Source: a virus (taxonomy: Duplodnaviria > Caudoviricetes). Taken from it: a stretch of 25,991 bases of DNA. Below, in pieces: positions 1-9,798 of this stretch (within the stretch, counting starts at the first letter, position 1; each line of letters opens with the position of its first letter). The stretch is taken from positions 1-25,991 of the IMG/VR virus record IMGVR_UViG_3300012953_002798, one strand, 5' to 3'. A model generated the notes under the pieces. The model worked only from the letters and a program-made list of their open reading frames with translations. It had not been told where the DNA came from and did not search any database. The position numbers were made by a program, and so were the translations under genes.

Positions 1-1
1 T

Positions 2-1300
2 GGTTCTGCAAGATACCAATCATTTATGGATCTAAACACAAATGAAAGAAGACAATTAATTGAAGAAATTCTTGATATTACTATATTTACAAGAATGAAT
101 GATATACTTAAGACTAAGATAAGCGATTTAGGTATTGATATTAAAGATAAAGAATATCAGAAAGAAGTTCAGTCGACCAAGATTAATGGTCAGAAAAGTC
201 TTATATCAACATTACAGAAAAAATCAGAACAATCAGCAACAAAAATTAAAGATGAAATTCAAAGAGTTGAAGGTGAAAAGAAGATACATGAGTCACTGAT
301 TGAAAAGCTACAGAAGAAGATAGATAAACATAATTCACCTAACGTTGATGTAGCTATTGAATCAGTACATAAATGTGAAACTCATGGTAATGAACTAAAA
401 AGGAGGATCAATGAAAAATCGAAGCGGATCGCTTTCTATAATACAGAAACTGAGTGCGAAGTTTGCGGACAAGAAATCACAGAGTCGTTCAAGGACAAAA
501 AAATTATCAGCCTTGAAAAAGAAAAAAAGAAAAATGAGGATCTCATCCCTGCCTATGAAAAAGCACTTAATAAACTCAGCAAAGATTTAGAAATTGCTAA
601 AACCAAAGCCAAAGAATTAACAGACTTATTGCAAGAGCAATCGTCAGTTAGAAGTGAAGTGAGTAGTCTGAGCACTTATCTCAGTACTCTCAATGATAAT
701 CTCAAACTGGAAACAGATGATTCATCGTTACCAGATGCTCAAGGGCTACTCACAACACAACTTCAAGAAGAAACAATTATATCAAAAGAACTGATGGAGA
801 TGAGTGAAACAAACCATTTCTATGATGTATGTAAACTATTGTTAAGAGATCAAGGTATTAAAGCTAAGATCATTAAGCAATATGTACCAGTCATGAACAA
901 GTTTGTAAATATACAGCTTGAAAAGATGGGTGCAGCATTTTCATTTAATCTTGATGAAGAGTTTAATGAGATAATTAAGTCAAGATATAGAGATAACTTC
1001 TCCTATGCATCATTTTCAGAAGGTGAAAAGATGAGAATTGATCTTGCATTGATGTTTACATGGAGAGAAATAGCTAAAATAAAGAACTCTGTTAACACTA
1101 ATCTATTAATGATGGATGAAGTTGGTGATTCATCACTAGATGCAGATGCCACAGAGATGTTATGGGATATTATATCTAACCACGAGGATACAAATATCTT
1201 TGTAATCTCTCATAAAGCACACAATGCAGATAGATTCAAACGATTTATTGAATTCTATAAAGATGGCAATTTTAGTAAAATCAAGGACTCGAAAAAATAA
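2..1300 (+). CDS. gp46: T4 gp46-like recombination endonuclease ATPase subunit (SbcC/Rad50 family), 5'-truncated by the window edge
   Basis: Frame is open from base 2 (GSARYQSFMDL...). Long coiled coil with zinc hook CEVC, ABC signature FSEGEK, Walker B LLMMDE, D-loop SSLD and H-loop ISH. Confidence 0.93.
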   Translation, partial: GSARYQSFMDLNTNERRQLIEEILDITIFTRMNDILKTKISDLGIDIKDKEYQKEVQSTKINGQKSLISTLQKKSEQSATKIKDEIQRVEGEKKIHESLIEKLQKKIDKHNSPNVDVAIESVHKCETHGNELKRRINEKSKRIAFYNTETECEVCGQEITESFKDKKIISLEKEKKKNEDLIPAYEKALNKLSKDLEIAKTKAKELTDLLQEQSSVRSEVSSLSTYLSTLNDNLKLETDDSSLPDAQGLLTTQLQEETIISKELMEMSETNHFYDVCKLLLRDQGIKAKIIKQYVPVMNKFVNIQLEKMGAAFSFNLDEEFNEIIKSRYRDNFSYASFSEGEKMRIDLALMFTWREIAKIKNSVNTNLLMMDEVGDSSLDADATEMLWDIISNHEDTNIFVISHKAHNADRFKRFIEFYKDGNFSKIKDSKK

Positions 1301-1303
1301 ATA
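1296..1303 (+). promoter_or_regulatory. Putative T4-type late promoter variant (AATAAATA)
   Basis: 7/8 match to TATAAATA, overlapping the gp46 stop, 4 nt before the ATG at 1308. The AT-rich background lowers confidence. Confidence 0.4.
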
Positions 1304-1307
1304 ATAC

Positions 1308-2357
1308 ATGAGTATTTTTACATCCAACGACGACTTCTATAAAGCCCAGCAAATCAACGAAAAAATTGCAGGTTTAGAGAAAAAAAGCAAAGAAAGCGGA
1401 ATATCATATACTATACTGAAACAAGTATATGACAGAGGTATGGCAGCTTGGAAAACTGGTCACCGTCCTGGTACCACTTCACAACAATGGGCATTTGCTA
1501 GAGTAAATAGTTTTATTACTAAAGGTTCTGGTACATGGGGTAAAGCTGATAAAGACTTAGCTGCAAAAGTTAAGAAAGAAGATGTCAAAGAAGCCGATAG
1601 CGATTACATGAAAGGTGTTGCTAACGATAAAAAAGATGATCGTAAAGCTCAATTCGATAAACAAGCTAAAATGGATGATGATGATCCTAACGCTTATAAA
1701 CCCGCTCCTGGCGATAAAGATAAGGATGGAGAAATGAAAAAGACAAAACTATCAAAACACACTAAAGCTTATAACGCTAAGTTTGGTAAAAAAGAATCCG
1801 TCAAATCAGTATTTACTGGAGAGGTAAATCATTTCGCTGAAGCTAAGATTAAATTCAGAAACGAAAGAGATGTTGAAAAACACAAACAAAATTTATTGAT
1901 GGCTATGGAAATTGCTGTTGAAGCAGAAGGTGATTATACTGGAGCAACAAAGCAAATTGAAAAATTAGAAAGAGGTTTATCTAAGAATCCATCAGTTATG
2001 GCTGCTTTAAAATTCTATGCAGAAGATGTAGAATTTCCACAAGATATAGCAGACGAATTACAAGAGAAAAACCCAGGTCTATGGGCAAATATACACGCTA
2101 AAAGAAAAAGAATTAAAGCTGGCAGCGGTGAAAAAATGAAAAAGAAAGGTGACAAAGGCGCACCTAAAGAACTACCAGAAGAAGATATGATTGAAGGTAG
2201 ATATTCTAAGTATTCAGATTTATTAATGCAAAGAGCAAGAATTATCGGCGATAAAGGCAAAGTAGCTATGGACGGTAATAATCAAGAAATGAAAAAAATT
2301 GATAGACTAATTGCAAAAGAACTGAAAAAACTTGGAGTATCAGATGCCGCTGGATAA
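1308..2357 (+). CDS. Lys/Asp/Glu-rich modular protein with a DUF5824-like domain; candidate internal head polyprotein
   Basis: SGISYTILKQVYDRGMAAWKTGHRPG...QQWAFARVNSF resembles DUF5824 (recalled). Further modules such as GLWANIHAKRKRIKAGSGEKM are separated by INE/VKE/FAE/LQE/MIE linkers. Confidence 0.6.
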   Translation: MSIFTSNDDFYKAQQINEKIAGLEKKSKESGISYTILKQVYDRGMAAWKTGHRPGTTSQQWAFARVNSFITKGSGTWGKADKDLAAKVKKEDVKEADSDYMKGVANDKKDDRKAQFDKQAKMDDDDPNAYKPAPGDKDKDGEMKKTKLSKHTKAYNAKFGKKESVKSVFTGEVNHFAEAKIKFRNERDVEKHKQNLLMAMEIAVEAEGDYTGATKQIEKLERGLSKNPSVMAALKFYAEDVEFPQDIADELQEKNPGLWANIHAKRKRIKAGSGEKMKKKGDKGAPKELPEEDMIEGRYSKYSDLLMQRARIIGDKGKVAMDGNNQEMKKIDRLIAKELKKLGVSDAAG

Positions 2358-3591
2358 AACAGATGATATGGGTGATTGGATAAAAGACTTCCAAAAGTCA
2401 GACGCCCCACAATTCAAAGGAAAATCACAAGATAAACGTAGACAAATGGCTATTGCAGCTAAACTTGCAACAGAGAATAATGCGTTAAGAGAAGCAAATA
2501 TTACTATATACGAGAAGAGAGCATTTATTCTTGCTGCTAAACAAGCATTCCTAGATGGCAAGAAAACATTTGTATTTAAAGAAAAAGAATATAAGTGTAC
2601 AGTGAGAGAAGAACAAGATATATTTGGTGAACTTACAGATTACTTACTTCATAAGAAAGAAGATGTTGATACTGCTACTATGGCAGATGTTGATGATGGT
2701 GCTGATGCACCAGACGATATTGAACCTGAAGATCTTGAAAGTGCAAGAGATCATGCGGCTCAGAGATTTAAGAAATTCAATAGTGAAGAATCAGAAGTTG
2801 ATGTAGAAGAAGGTATCAAGCCATATGTTTCTATGATGAAAAAAGATGTTCGTGGTCGTAGAGTAATGCATTATCGAGTTTTAGATAAAGATGAAAAAGA
2901 AATATTAATAACTACTGATAAAAAGAAAGCAGAAAAATTTTTAAAGAAAAATTATAATAAACTTAAAACTGGCTCAGTAAAACCTATCAAAGAATCAGAA
3001 GTTGATGAGAATATTAAAATTAAAGCCTTTAAGAATGCCACTGATAAAACAAAGAAAGGTTTAGAGATATCTAAAACTGGCGGTATGGGTGGTACTATCA
3101 TGATTAAAAACAAGAAAGAACTTAAAGATTTAGAAACACAATTAGCAAAAGCTAAAAGACAACACAAATTAGCAGAAGGTACAAAAGATAGAGCTAAATT
3201 TAAAATGGATTCAATTAAATTGATGCGAAGAGTAAAAGCAACTAATAAAGGCCATAAAATAGCAATAGAAGATTTACTTACAATGGCTCCTTATAAAGTT
3301 CTTGAGGGTATGTTCAAAAAAAATCCAAGAGGGTTTATAGATATGCTAATGAAAATGAATCCCAAAAGAGATAAATTACAAGTAGGAGACTATATGATTG
3401 ATGGTCGATTTGTCGCTCCTAATGGTAATTTATTGTCTGTTGACCAAACTAAAAAATTAACAGAAGATACTGTTATACAAGAGTCAGTAGAGTATCATGA
3501 CAGAGAGTCTATGCCATCAGCTGTTGATGATGCTGCAAACGTTATGAGTAAGCTTGATGTCTACACAAATTTCATTAAAAAGACGTACTAA
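2344..3591 (+). CDS. Charged modular protein; candidate internal head polyprotein
   Basis: ATG 2344 has GGAG at 2334-2337, so it is preferred over TTG 2332. The N-terminal module DWIKDFQKSDAPQFKGKS..KRRQMAIAA is followed by modules separated by LREA, VREE, VEEG, IKES, LAEG, LTED and IQES. Confidence 0.6.
   Translation: MPLDKTDDMGDWIKDFQKSDAPQFKGKSQDKRRQMAIAAKLATENNALREANITIYEKRAFILAAKQAFLDGKKTFVFKEKEYKCTVREEQDIFGELTDYLLHKKEDVDTATMADVDDGADAPDDIEPEDLESARDHAAQRFKKFNSEESEVDVEEGIKPYVSMMKKDVRGRRVMHYRVLDKDEKEILITTDKKKAEKFLKKNYNKLKTGSVKPIKESEVDENIKIKAFKNATDKTKKGLEISKTGGMGGTIMIKNKKELKDLETQLAKAKRQHKLAEGTKDRAKFKMDSIKLMRRVKATNKGHKIAIEDLLTMAPYKVLEGMFKKNPRGFIDMLMKMNPKRDKLQVGDYMIDGRFVAPNGNLLSVDQTKKLTEDTVIQESVEYHDRESMPSAVDDAANVMSKLDVYTNFIKKTY
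2786..3007 (+). repeat. 18-bp perfect direct repeat AAGAATCAGAAGTTGATG (2786-2803 and 2990-3007)
   Basis: Read directly. The copies are 204 bp (68 codons) apart, in frame, and each encodes ESEVD. Confidence 0.85.
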
Positions 3592-3603
3592 AGAGTATAA
3601 TCT
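3577..3603 (+). promoter_or_regulatory. Putative promoter (A-tract ... AGTATAATCT) for the glycan/lipid operon; probably a leaderless transcript
   Basis: Perfect TATAAT at 3596-3601 with the ATG 7 nt later and no Shine-Dalgarno. The same motif occurs at 15543, 17721 and 23320. Confidence 0.6.
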
Positions 3604-3608
3604 ACCTA

Positions 3609-4475
3609 ATGAAGGTAAGTTTATATACGGCCTATGGTGCGCTTAACTCTCCTCCGATTTTCGACGCTCTTGCTAGAGGGATTATCTCTAACGGTGATGA
3701 CGTTGTTTACAATGAGCGGGATGCTGATGTTGCTGTTATTTGGTCTATTCTTTTCGCTGGCAGAATGGAGCCTAACAAAGACGTCTATGCTGATTTCAAA
3801 GCTAGAGGAAAACCAGTCCTCGTTGTCGAAGTAGGTCAGCTTAGAAGAGGTATCACATGGAGATTAGGCTTTGATGCAGTAAATGCAAAAGGCAGATTTC
3901 CAAAACCACCACATGAAAATACTAATAGATGGGATAAATTCGGTATTGAATTAAAACCTTGGCGTGAGTCAGACATGTTTGACTATATTGTAATAGCTAC
4001 ACAAAGACAAGATAGTATGCAATGGCAAGGATTACCACCAACAGAAGAATGGGTTTGTCAGTGGATTGATGTAATTAAAAGACACACTAAAAGACCTATA
4101 GTATTAAGACCACACCCAAGAGATTACATGACAGATTTTTATTATGTATCTCATAAACATCCAGACACATTAATATCTACACCAAAATCTATAAATGATA
4201 AAGATAGAATGGATTTTCCATCACTACTTGAAAAGACACATTTAGTAATTAACTGGTCATCGGGTCCAGCCGTAGAATCAATTATAAATGGTGTACCAGT
4301 AATAGTAAGTGAAGATTCATTTGCACATAGTATAAGTACAGATTCAATAACAGCAATTGAAAACCCAAGTAAACCAGACAGAAAACACTGGTGTGAAAAA
4401 ATGGCATACACAGAATGGTATGAAGAAGAAATAGCGGAAGGCGAGCCATGGAGATTACTGAAAGAATATCTTTAA
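3609..4475 (+). CDS. Putative glycosyltransferase, KpsS/KpsC (capsule synthesis)-like GT-B C-terminal domain
   Basis: Q..D.Q, IVLRPHP, LVINWSSGPAVESIINGVPV and a C-terminal R..W...AY.EW..EE pattern shared with the next two ORFs. Confidence 0.6.
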   Translation: MKVSLYTAYGALNSPPIFDALARGIISNGDDVVYNERDADVAVIWSILFAGRMEPNKDVYADFKARGKPVLVVEVGQLRRGITWRLGFDAVNAKGRFPKPPHENTNRWDKFGIELKPWRESDMFDYIVIATQRQDSMQWQGLPPTEEWVCQWIDVIKRHTKRPIVLRPHPRDYMTDFYYVSHKHPDTLISTPKSINDKDRMDFPSLLEKTHLVINWSSGPAVESIINGVPVIVSEDSFAHSISTDSITAIENPSKPDRKHWCEKMAYTEWYEEEIAEGEPWRLLKEYL

Positions 4476-5251
4476 TACAACCACGTCCATCACCAAAGAT
4501 GGAAAGAATATATGCAGCATTACAAGAGGGTTGGCCTACAGCCAACATTAATGATGGTTTAGCAGAACAATATGTGGTATGGGGTTTGATAGGTGATAAT
4601 CCTAGAATAATGAAAGCAGACCCATACATATTTTGTGATATGCCTTATAGCGGTAGATATGATCCTAATAACGAAGATTGGGATAATACATATTGGAGAT
4701 GGTGTGTAGGTGGTTTACATGATAATAGAAGACTGAATGTACCTGCTGATAGATTTAATGAATGGGCAGATCATGATGTAAAACCATGGGAAACACAAGG
4801 TGAGCATATATTAATATGTCCATCATCACAAACAATGACACATTACATGACTGGTCTAACTGTAGAACAATGGGTACAAAAAGTTGTTGATTATGTTTCT
4901 GAAAAAACAAATAGACCAATAAAATTAAGATTAAAACCTAGAGGTAAAGGTACATCAGGTCCATCAGTAGCTAAGAAAAGTATTCAAGAAGATTTAGAAA
5001 ATGCTTATTGTTTAATTACTGCTGGTTCTTTAACATCAATTGATGCATTAAAAATTGGTATACCAGTAATATCTACTAATAGAGAATATGCACCATCTGC
5101 TTGGTGTAGCAACCCCATAGAACAAATAAATAATTTAAAACTATATGATAGAGAACAACTGTTTTATAATCTAGCTTATAAACAATACTCTATAAAAGAA
5201 ATGCGCGAAGGAATTTGTTATGAAAATAGTAAGCTATATCTCATCGATTAA
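4448..5251 (+). CDS. Putative glycosyltransferase, KpsS-like paralog 2
   Basis: KPW...ILICP, RPIKLRLKP, LITAGSLTSIDALKIGIPV and REQLFYNLAYKQYS..E; clearly paralogous to 3609-4475. Confidence 0.55.
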   Translation: MEITERISLIQPRPSPKMERIYAALQEGWPTANINDGLAEQYVVWGLIGDNPRIMKADPYIFCDMPYSGRYDPNNEDWDNTYWRWCVGGLHDNRRLNVPADRFNEWADHDVKPWETQGEHILICPSSQTMTHYMTGLTVEQWVQKVVDYVSEKTNRPIKLRLKPRGKGTSGPSVAKKSIQEDLENAYCLITAGSLTSIDALKIGIPVISTNREYAPSAWCSNPIEQINNLKLYDREQLFYNLAYKQYSIKEMREGICYENSKLYLID

Positions 5252-6191
5252 AGCTGGTAAAAGATCCAATTCACAGAACCCAATAACAGCAGCATTAGAC
5301 TCTATTGTTTCAGCAGCAAACAATTCAGGTGGTGAATTTGTTGCATATAAACATGAAGGTACTCATACTGTAGGTGCTGATGTTGGATTTTGCTTTGGTT
5401 CATACACTCAAAGAAAGTTAGAAGTAGAAAGAGCAGTATTAATAAGAGCTATCGAAGCTGCAAAACAACCATGCTTTTTTCTAGATTCATCAGCATTTTC
5501 AACACACATACGTAATTCATTAAACAGCAGTGAAACATTTATGTTTAGATTAGGTCTAAACTCATGCACAGGAGAAGGTGTATTTTGGAATCAAGATTTG
5601 CCATCTGAAAGATATGATGCAATGAAAAAGACATTTAACTTTACAGAAAAAGATCCACAGAATAATGTGACAGGTGCTATTGTTTTTCTTGCTCAGACAG
5701 AAACAGGTTGGCAGTTTGATGATTTAGAACCATATTACAAATTTGCAAACAAAACATTAAAAGAAATAAGAGAACATACTGATAGAAAGATTATTTATCG
5801 TACACATCCGAAACTAGATCCTAGGTCACCATTAGATAAATGTATAGAAGGTATAGAAAATCTTGAAGTACATAACTGTCCAGTATCGAGAAGAACATTA
5901 TTTGAATCACTTGACGGTGCTTATGCTGTAGTGACTCATTCATCTTCAGGTGCATTAGAAGCGGTGCTTGAAGGTATTCCTACTTTTGCTTTAAGTCCAA
6001 GAACCTTTGGCTCACCACTTTATTTGACTGATTTAAAAGATATAGGAAATGCATTCCATACGTTCCCATGGGATGATCGACAACAGTGGTTATACAACCT
6101 CGCATATACTTCTTGGAGCGTAGAAGAATTGAAAACTATTGAAGTTTTGCGGTATTATACTAATATGCTCAAAGGAATAAACAATGAATAA
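5220..6191 (+). CDS. Putative glycosyltransferase, KpsS-like paralog 3
   Basis: [33 protein letters not shown] and [16 protein letters not shown]. Confidence 0.58.
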   Translation: MKIVSYISSIKAGKRSNSQNPITAALDSIVSAANNSGGEFVAYKHEGTHTVGADVGFCFGSYTQRKLEVERAVLIRAIEAAKQPCFFLDSSAFSTHIRNSLNSSETFMFRLGLNSCTGEGVFWNQDLPSERYDAMKKTFNFTEKDPQNNVTGAIVFLAQTETGWQFDDLEPYYKFANKTLKEIREHTDRKIIYRTHPKLDPRSPLDKCIEGIENLEVHNCPVSRRTLFESLDGAYAVVTHSSSGALEAVLEGIPTFALSPRTFGSPLYLTDLKDIGNAFHTFPWDDRQQWLYNLAYTSWSVEELKTIEVLRYYTNMLKGINNE

Positions 6192-7206
6192 AAAAGCGAT
6201 AATTACAGGCATCACCGGACAGGATGGACCATACCTTGCAGATCTACTTTTAGAAAAAGGATATGAAGTTCATGCCATAAGGAGAAGAGGTGCCACAGAT
6301 AACACAACAAGAATTAAACATATATTAGACCATGATAATTTTTGGCTACACTATGGTGATCTTACAGATTCATCAAGTTTAGTTAAGATTGTAAATATGG
6401 TAAAACCTGATGAAGTCTATAATTTAGGTGCAATGTCACATGTAAGAATATCTTTTGATATTCCTGAATACACTGGAGATACTGGTGGTTTAGGCGTGAC
6501 AAGAATGCTTGAAGCTATAAGAACTGCAGGTTTAGAAAAGACATGTAAATTTTATCAGGCATCCACATCAGAACTATATGGAAAAGTAGTTGAAACACCA
6601 CAAACGGAAGCAACACCATTTTGGCCAAGATCGCCTTATGGTGTTGCCAAGTTGTATGCTTATTGGATGGTAAAAAATTATAGAGAATCATACGGTATGT
6701 ATGCATGTAATGGTATCTTATTCAATCATGAATCACCTAAACGTGGTGATGATTTTGTCACACAGAAAATTGTAAAGGCAGCAATTGCTATATCTTATGG
6801 TGAACAAGATAAACTTACACTTGGAAACTTAGATGCAATGAGAGATTGGGGACATGCAAAAGATTATGTTAAAGGTATGTACTTAATGTTGCAACAAGAT
6901 AAACCAGTAGATTATGTATTAGCTACTGGCGAAATACATTCTGTAAAAGAATGTTGTGAATACGTATTTAAAAAATTAGGTATGCCATTAAGATGGGAAG
7001 GTAATGGTATCGAGGAAAAAGGTTTTTCAGGCGATAAACTAATGATTGATTGTAGTGAAGATTTTTATAGACCAGCAGAAGTACAACTTTTACATGGTGA
7101 CTCAACAAAGGCTCAGTCTGAATTAAATTGGGAGTTTGAACACGATTTCTATTCTTTAATGGATGATATGGTAGATACTGAACTCATGAAACATGTGGAG
7201 AAGTAA
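6184..7206 (+). CDS. gmd: GDP-mannose 4,6-dehydratase
   Basis: [54 protein letters not shown] and LGNLDA.RDWGHA. Confidence 0.97.
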   Translation: MNKKAIITGITGQDGPYLADLLLEKGYEVHAIRRRGATDNTTRIKHILDHDNFWLHYGDLTDSSSLVKIVNMVKPDEVYNLGAMSHVRISFDIPEYTGDTGGLGVTRMLEAIRTAGLEKTCKFYQASTSELYGKVVETPQTEATPFWPRSPYGVAKLYAYWMVKNYRESYGMYACNGILFNHESPKRGDDFVTQKIVKAAIAISYGEQDKLTLGNLDAMRDWGHAKDYVKGMYLMLQQDKPVDYVLATGEIHSVKECCEYVFKKLGMPLRWEGNGIEEKGFSGDKLMIDCSEDFYRPAEVQLLHGDSTKAQSELNWEFEHDFYSLMDDMVDTELMKHVEK

Positions 7207-8388
7207 ATGAAATATCCTTTAAGCTGTGACACTTGGAATAACCAAGAAATAGGAGCTATCAATAGAGTTATACGATCTAGCCGTTATACGATGGGTGAAG
7301 AAGTATTTAAGTTTGAAGAACAGTTTGCTGATTTTATGGGTGTAAACCATGCAAAGATGGTAAACAGTGGTTCATCTGCAAATTTACTTATGACTGCTGC
7401 AGCAATCTACTCACCTGAATATGATTTAAAAGAAGGTGATAAGGTTATAGTACCTGCGGTATCTTGGTCCACAACATACTTTCCATTACAACAATATGGA
7501 TTAGAGCTAGTATTTGTAGATGTAGATCTACACACTCTTAATTTGTGTCCTACCAAGACAGCTGAGGCACTCGAGGATATTGACGGTATAAAGGCAATAT
7601 TAACTGTAAACTTACTAGGTAATCCATCACAGATTGATGAATTAAGAGATCTAGCAGACAGTTATAATCTAATATTACTTGAAGATAATTGTGAATCATT
7701 TGGTTCTAGCTTTAATGATAAAATGATGGGTAGTTATGGTGATATGGGTACACATTCATTCTTCTTTAGTCATCATCTTCAAACAATGGAAGGTGGTATG
7801 ATACTTACAAATTCTGAAGAGACTGCTCAATACATTGACTCTCTTAGAGCTCATGGATGGTTAAGAACATTGCCTGATAAGAATTTTATTCATAACAAAA
7901 CAGGTGATCCATTTGAAGATAGTTTTAGATTTGTTTTGCCAGGTTATAGTGTAAGACCATTAGAAATGAGTGGTGCTATTGGCCAAGTACAATTATCTAA
8001 GTGGCCTAGCATGATGAAAGAAAGAGTTAGAAATGCAGAACACTTTAAAAAGGTTATGGCAAAATTACCTATAATTACACAACAAGAAATTGGTAAATCA
8101 TCTTGGTTTGGATTCTCTTGTATCGTACCAGATGTTCCTGGTAGGAAAAAATTTACAGATAAATTAAGAGATAATGGTGTAGAGATTAGACCGATTGTAG
8201 CTGGTAATTTCTTAAGAAACCCAGTGATGAAACACATTAAACATATTCGTAGTGGTACTATGAAAAATGCTAACATGATACATGACTTTGGATTCTTTTT
8301 AGGTAATGATTCAGAAGACATAACAGATAAGATTGATTATGCAGCAGGTATTATGGAAGAAGTATTAAATGAAGGTGGTTGGGAATGA
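7207..8388 (+). CDS. colD: DegT/DnrJ/EryC1/StrS-family PLP enzyme, ColD-type GDP-4-keto-6-deoxy-D-mannose 3-dehydratase
   Basis: MVNSGSSANLL, PAVSWSTTYFP and LEDNCES are present. SFFFSHHLQTMEGG has His in place of the Schiff-base Lys, the ColD hallmark. Also RAHGW and RPIVAGNF; lies directly after gmd. Confidence 0.85.
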   Translation: MKYPLSCDTWNNQEIGAINRVIRSSRYTMGEEVFKFEEQFADFMGVNHAKMVNSGSSANLLMTAAAIYSPEYDLKEGDKVIVPAVSWSTTYFPLQQYGLELVFVDVDLHTLNLCPTKTAEALEDIDGIKAILTVNLLGNPSQIDELRDLADSYNLILLEDNCESFGSSFNDKMMGSYGDMGTHSFFFSHHLQTMEGGMILTNSEETAQYIDSLRAHGWLRTLPDKNFIHNKTGDPFEDSFRFVLPGYSVRPLEMSGAIGQVQLSKWPSMMKERVRNAEHFKKVMAKLPIITQQEIGKSSWFGFSCIVPDVPGRKKFTDKLRDNGVEIRPIVAGNFLRNPVMKHIKHIRSGTMKNANMIHDFGFFLGNDSEDITDKIDYAAGIMEEVLNEGGWE

Positions 8389-9143
8389 CAGATTATTCAG
8401 TAGTAATGACATTAGGTCCACATAACTGGAAACAGTATGGTTCTAAATCAGTAGAATCTTTTGACAAGTATTGGCCTAAACACATACAACTTTATGTTTA
8501 TTATGAAGGTACTCCACCAGACTTTAAATCTGATAGAGTACATTTCTTAGATTATAATAAAGAAATACCTGAACATAAAGAATTTATGGAAAGAAATAAA
8601 GATAGGCATCCACATGTAAACGATGTGCATGTAAATAATATTACACATCAAGCAAGTAAGTTTGCATTTAAGGTCTATGCACAATTGCATGAATTAGAAA
8701 AACCAAAAAGTAGATATGTAATATATCTTGATGGTGATAATGTGACACAGAAAGATATACCATTAGATTTACTTGATAAATTAGTAAATGAAGAAGTATA
8801 TCTATCCTTTGTAAATAGAATGCCAGCTAAATACACTGAAACAAGTATAATGATATGGGATACTTTAAATGAAAATCATAACGAATGGTGTAGTACTTAT
8901 AGAAGTATGTATGATGATGATAATATATTTCAATATCCAGCATGGCATGATTGCATTGCATTTGACGAGACAACATTTCCTATGATTAAAGCTAAGAAAA
9001 TTAAAGCAATTGACTTAGGCTTTGGTGCACCATCTAAACATCCACTTGTTGTTGGACCATTAGGTGAATACTTTGACCATTTAAAAGGTCCATCAAGAAA
9101 ACAATTAGGTTATTCTAAGGAAAGAAAGCATGCAGGATTTTAA
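8385..9143 (+). CDS. Putative GT-A fold glycosyltransferase
   Basis: ATGA overlap with the colD stop (ATG 8385). KF.FKVYA, YVIYLDGD (DxD), WHD and HPL...DHLKG motifs. Confidence 0.6.
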   Translation: MTDYSVVMTLGPHNWKQYGSKSVESFDKYWPKHIQLYVYYEGTPPDFKSDRVHFLDYNKEIPEHKEFMERNKDRHPHVNDVHVNNITHQASKFAFKVYAQLHELEKPKSRYVIYLDGDNVTQKDIPLDLLDKLVNEEVYLSFVNRMPAKYTETSIMIWDTLNENHNEWCSTYRSMYDDDNIFQYPAWHDCIAFDETTFPMIKAKKIKAIDLGFGAPSKHPLVVGPLGEYFDHLKGPSRKQLGYSKERKHAGF

Positions 9144-9798
9144 AGTCTTTATTGGTTATGATTCAAGAGAAGATATAGCCTACCAAGTTTGTAGGCATTC
9201 TATACTTAAACATAATCCACACATAGAAGTAGTACCACTTAAATTACATGAATTAAGAGAACAAGGTTTCTATACAAGAGCCGATGATAAGAAAGGTTCT
9301 ACAGAATTTACTATTACTAGGTTCTTATGTCCAGCACTTATGAACTACCAAGGATATTCTTTATTTATGGATTGTGATATGATAGTTCAAGCAGATGTAA
9401 AAGAAATATTTAAAGAAGCAAGAGGAGAATTCGATGTATCTTGCGTACAGCATGATTATAGTCCAAAAAGTATGACTAAGATGGATGGAAAGATGCAACA
9501 TGCATATCCAAGAAAAAACTGGTCAAGTGTAATGTTGTTTAATAATGAGCAGTGTGATGCTCTTACACCAGAATTAGTAAATACAGAAACACCACTCTAT
9601 CTACATAGAATGTTATGGGCAGAAAAAGTTGGTGAATTAAATCATAAATGGAATCATCTTCTTGGTTATTATGAAAAACCTGAAGATGCTTTGATAGTAC
9701 ATTATACAGATGGCGGTCCATGGTTTGAAAACTATAGAAACTGTGAATATGCTGATGTATGGAAACAACATGTAAAAGAGTGGTTAGAACTTGATTAA
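9130..9798 (+). CDS. GT-A glycosyltransferase (GT8-like)
   Basis: VFIGYDSRE, STEFT.TRFL.P, LFMDCD (DxD), YPRKNWSSVMLFN, WNHL and HYTDGGPW. Confidence 0.8.
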   Translation: MQDFKVFIGYDSREDIAYQVCRHSILKHNPHIEVVPLKLHELREQGFYTRADDKKGSTEFTITRFLCPALMNYQGYSLFMDCDMIVQADVKEIFKEARGEFDVSCVQHDYSPKSMTKMDGKMQHAYPRKNWSSVMLFNNEQCDALTPELVNTETPLYLHRMLWAEKVGELNHKWNHLLGYYEKPEDALIVHYTDGGPWFENYRNCEYADVWKQHVKEWLELD

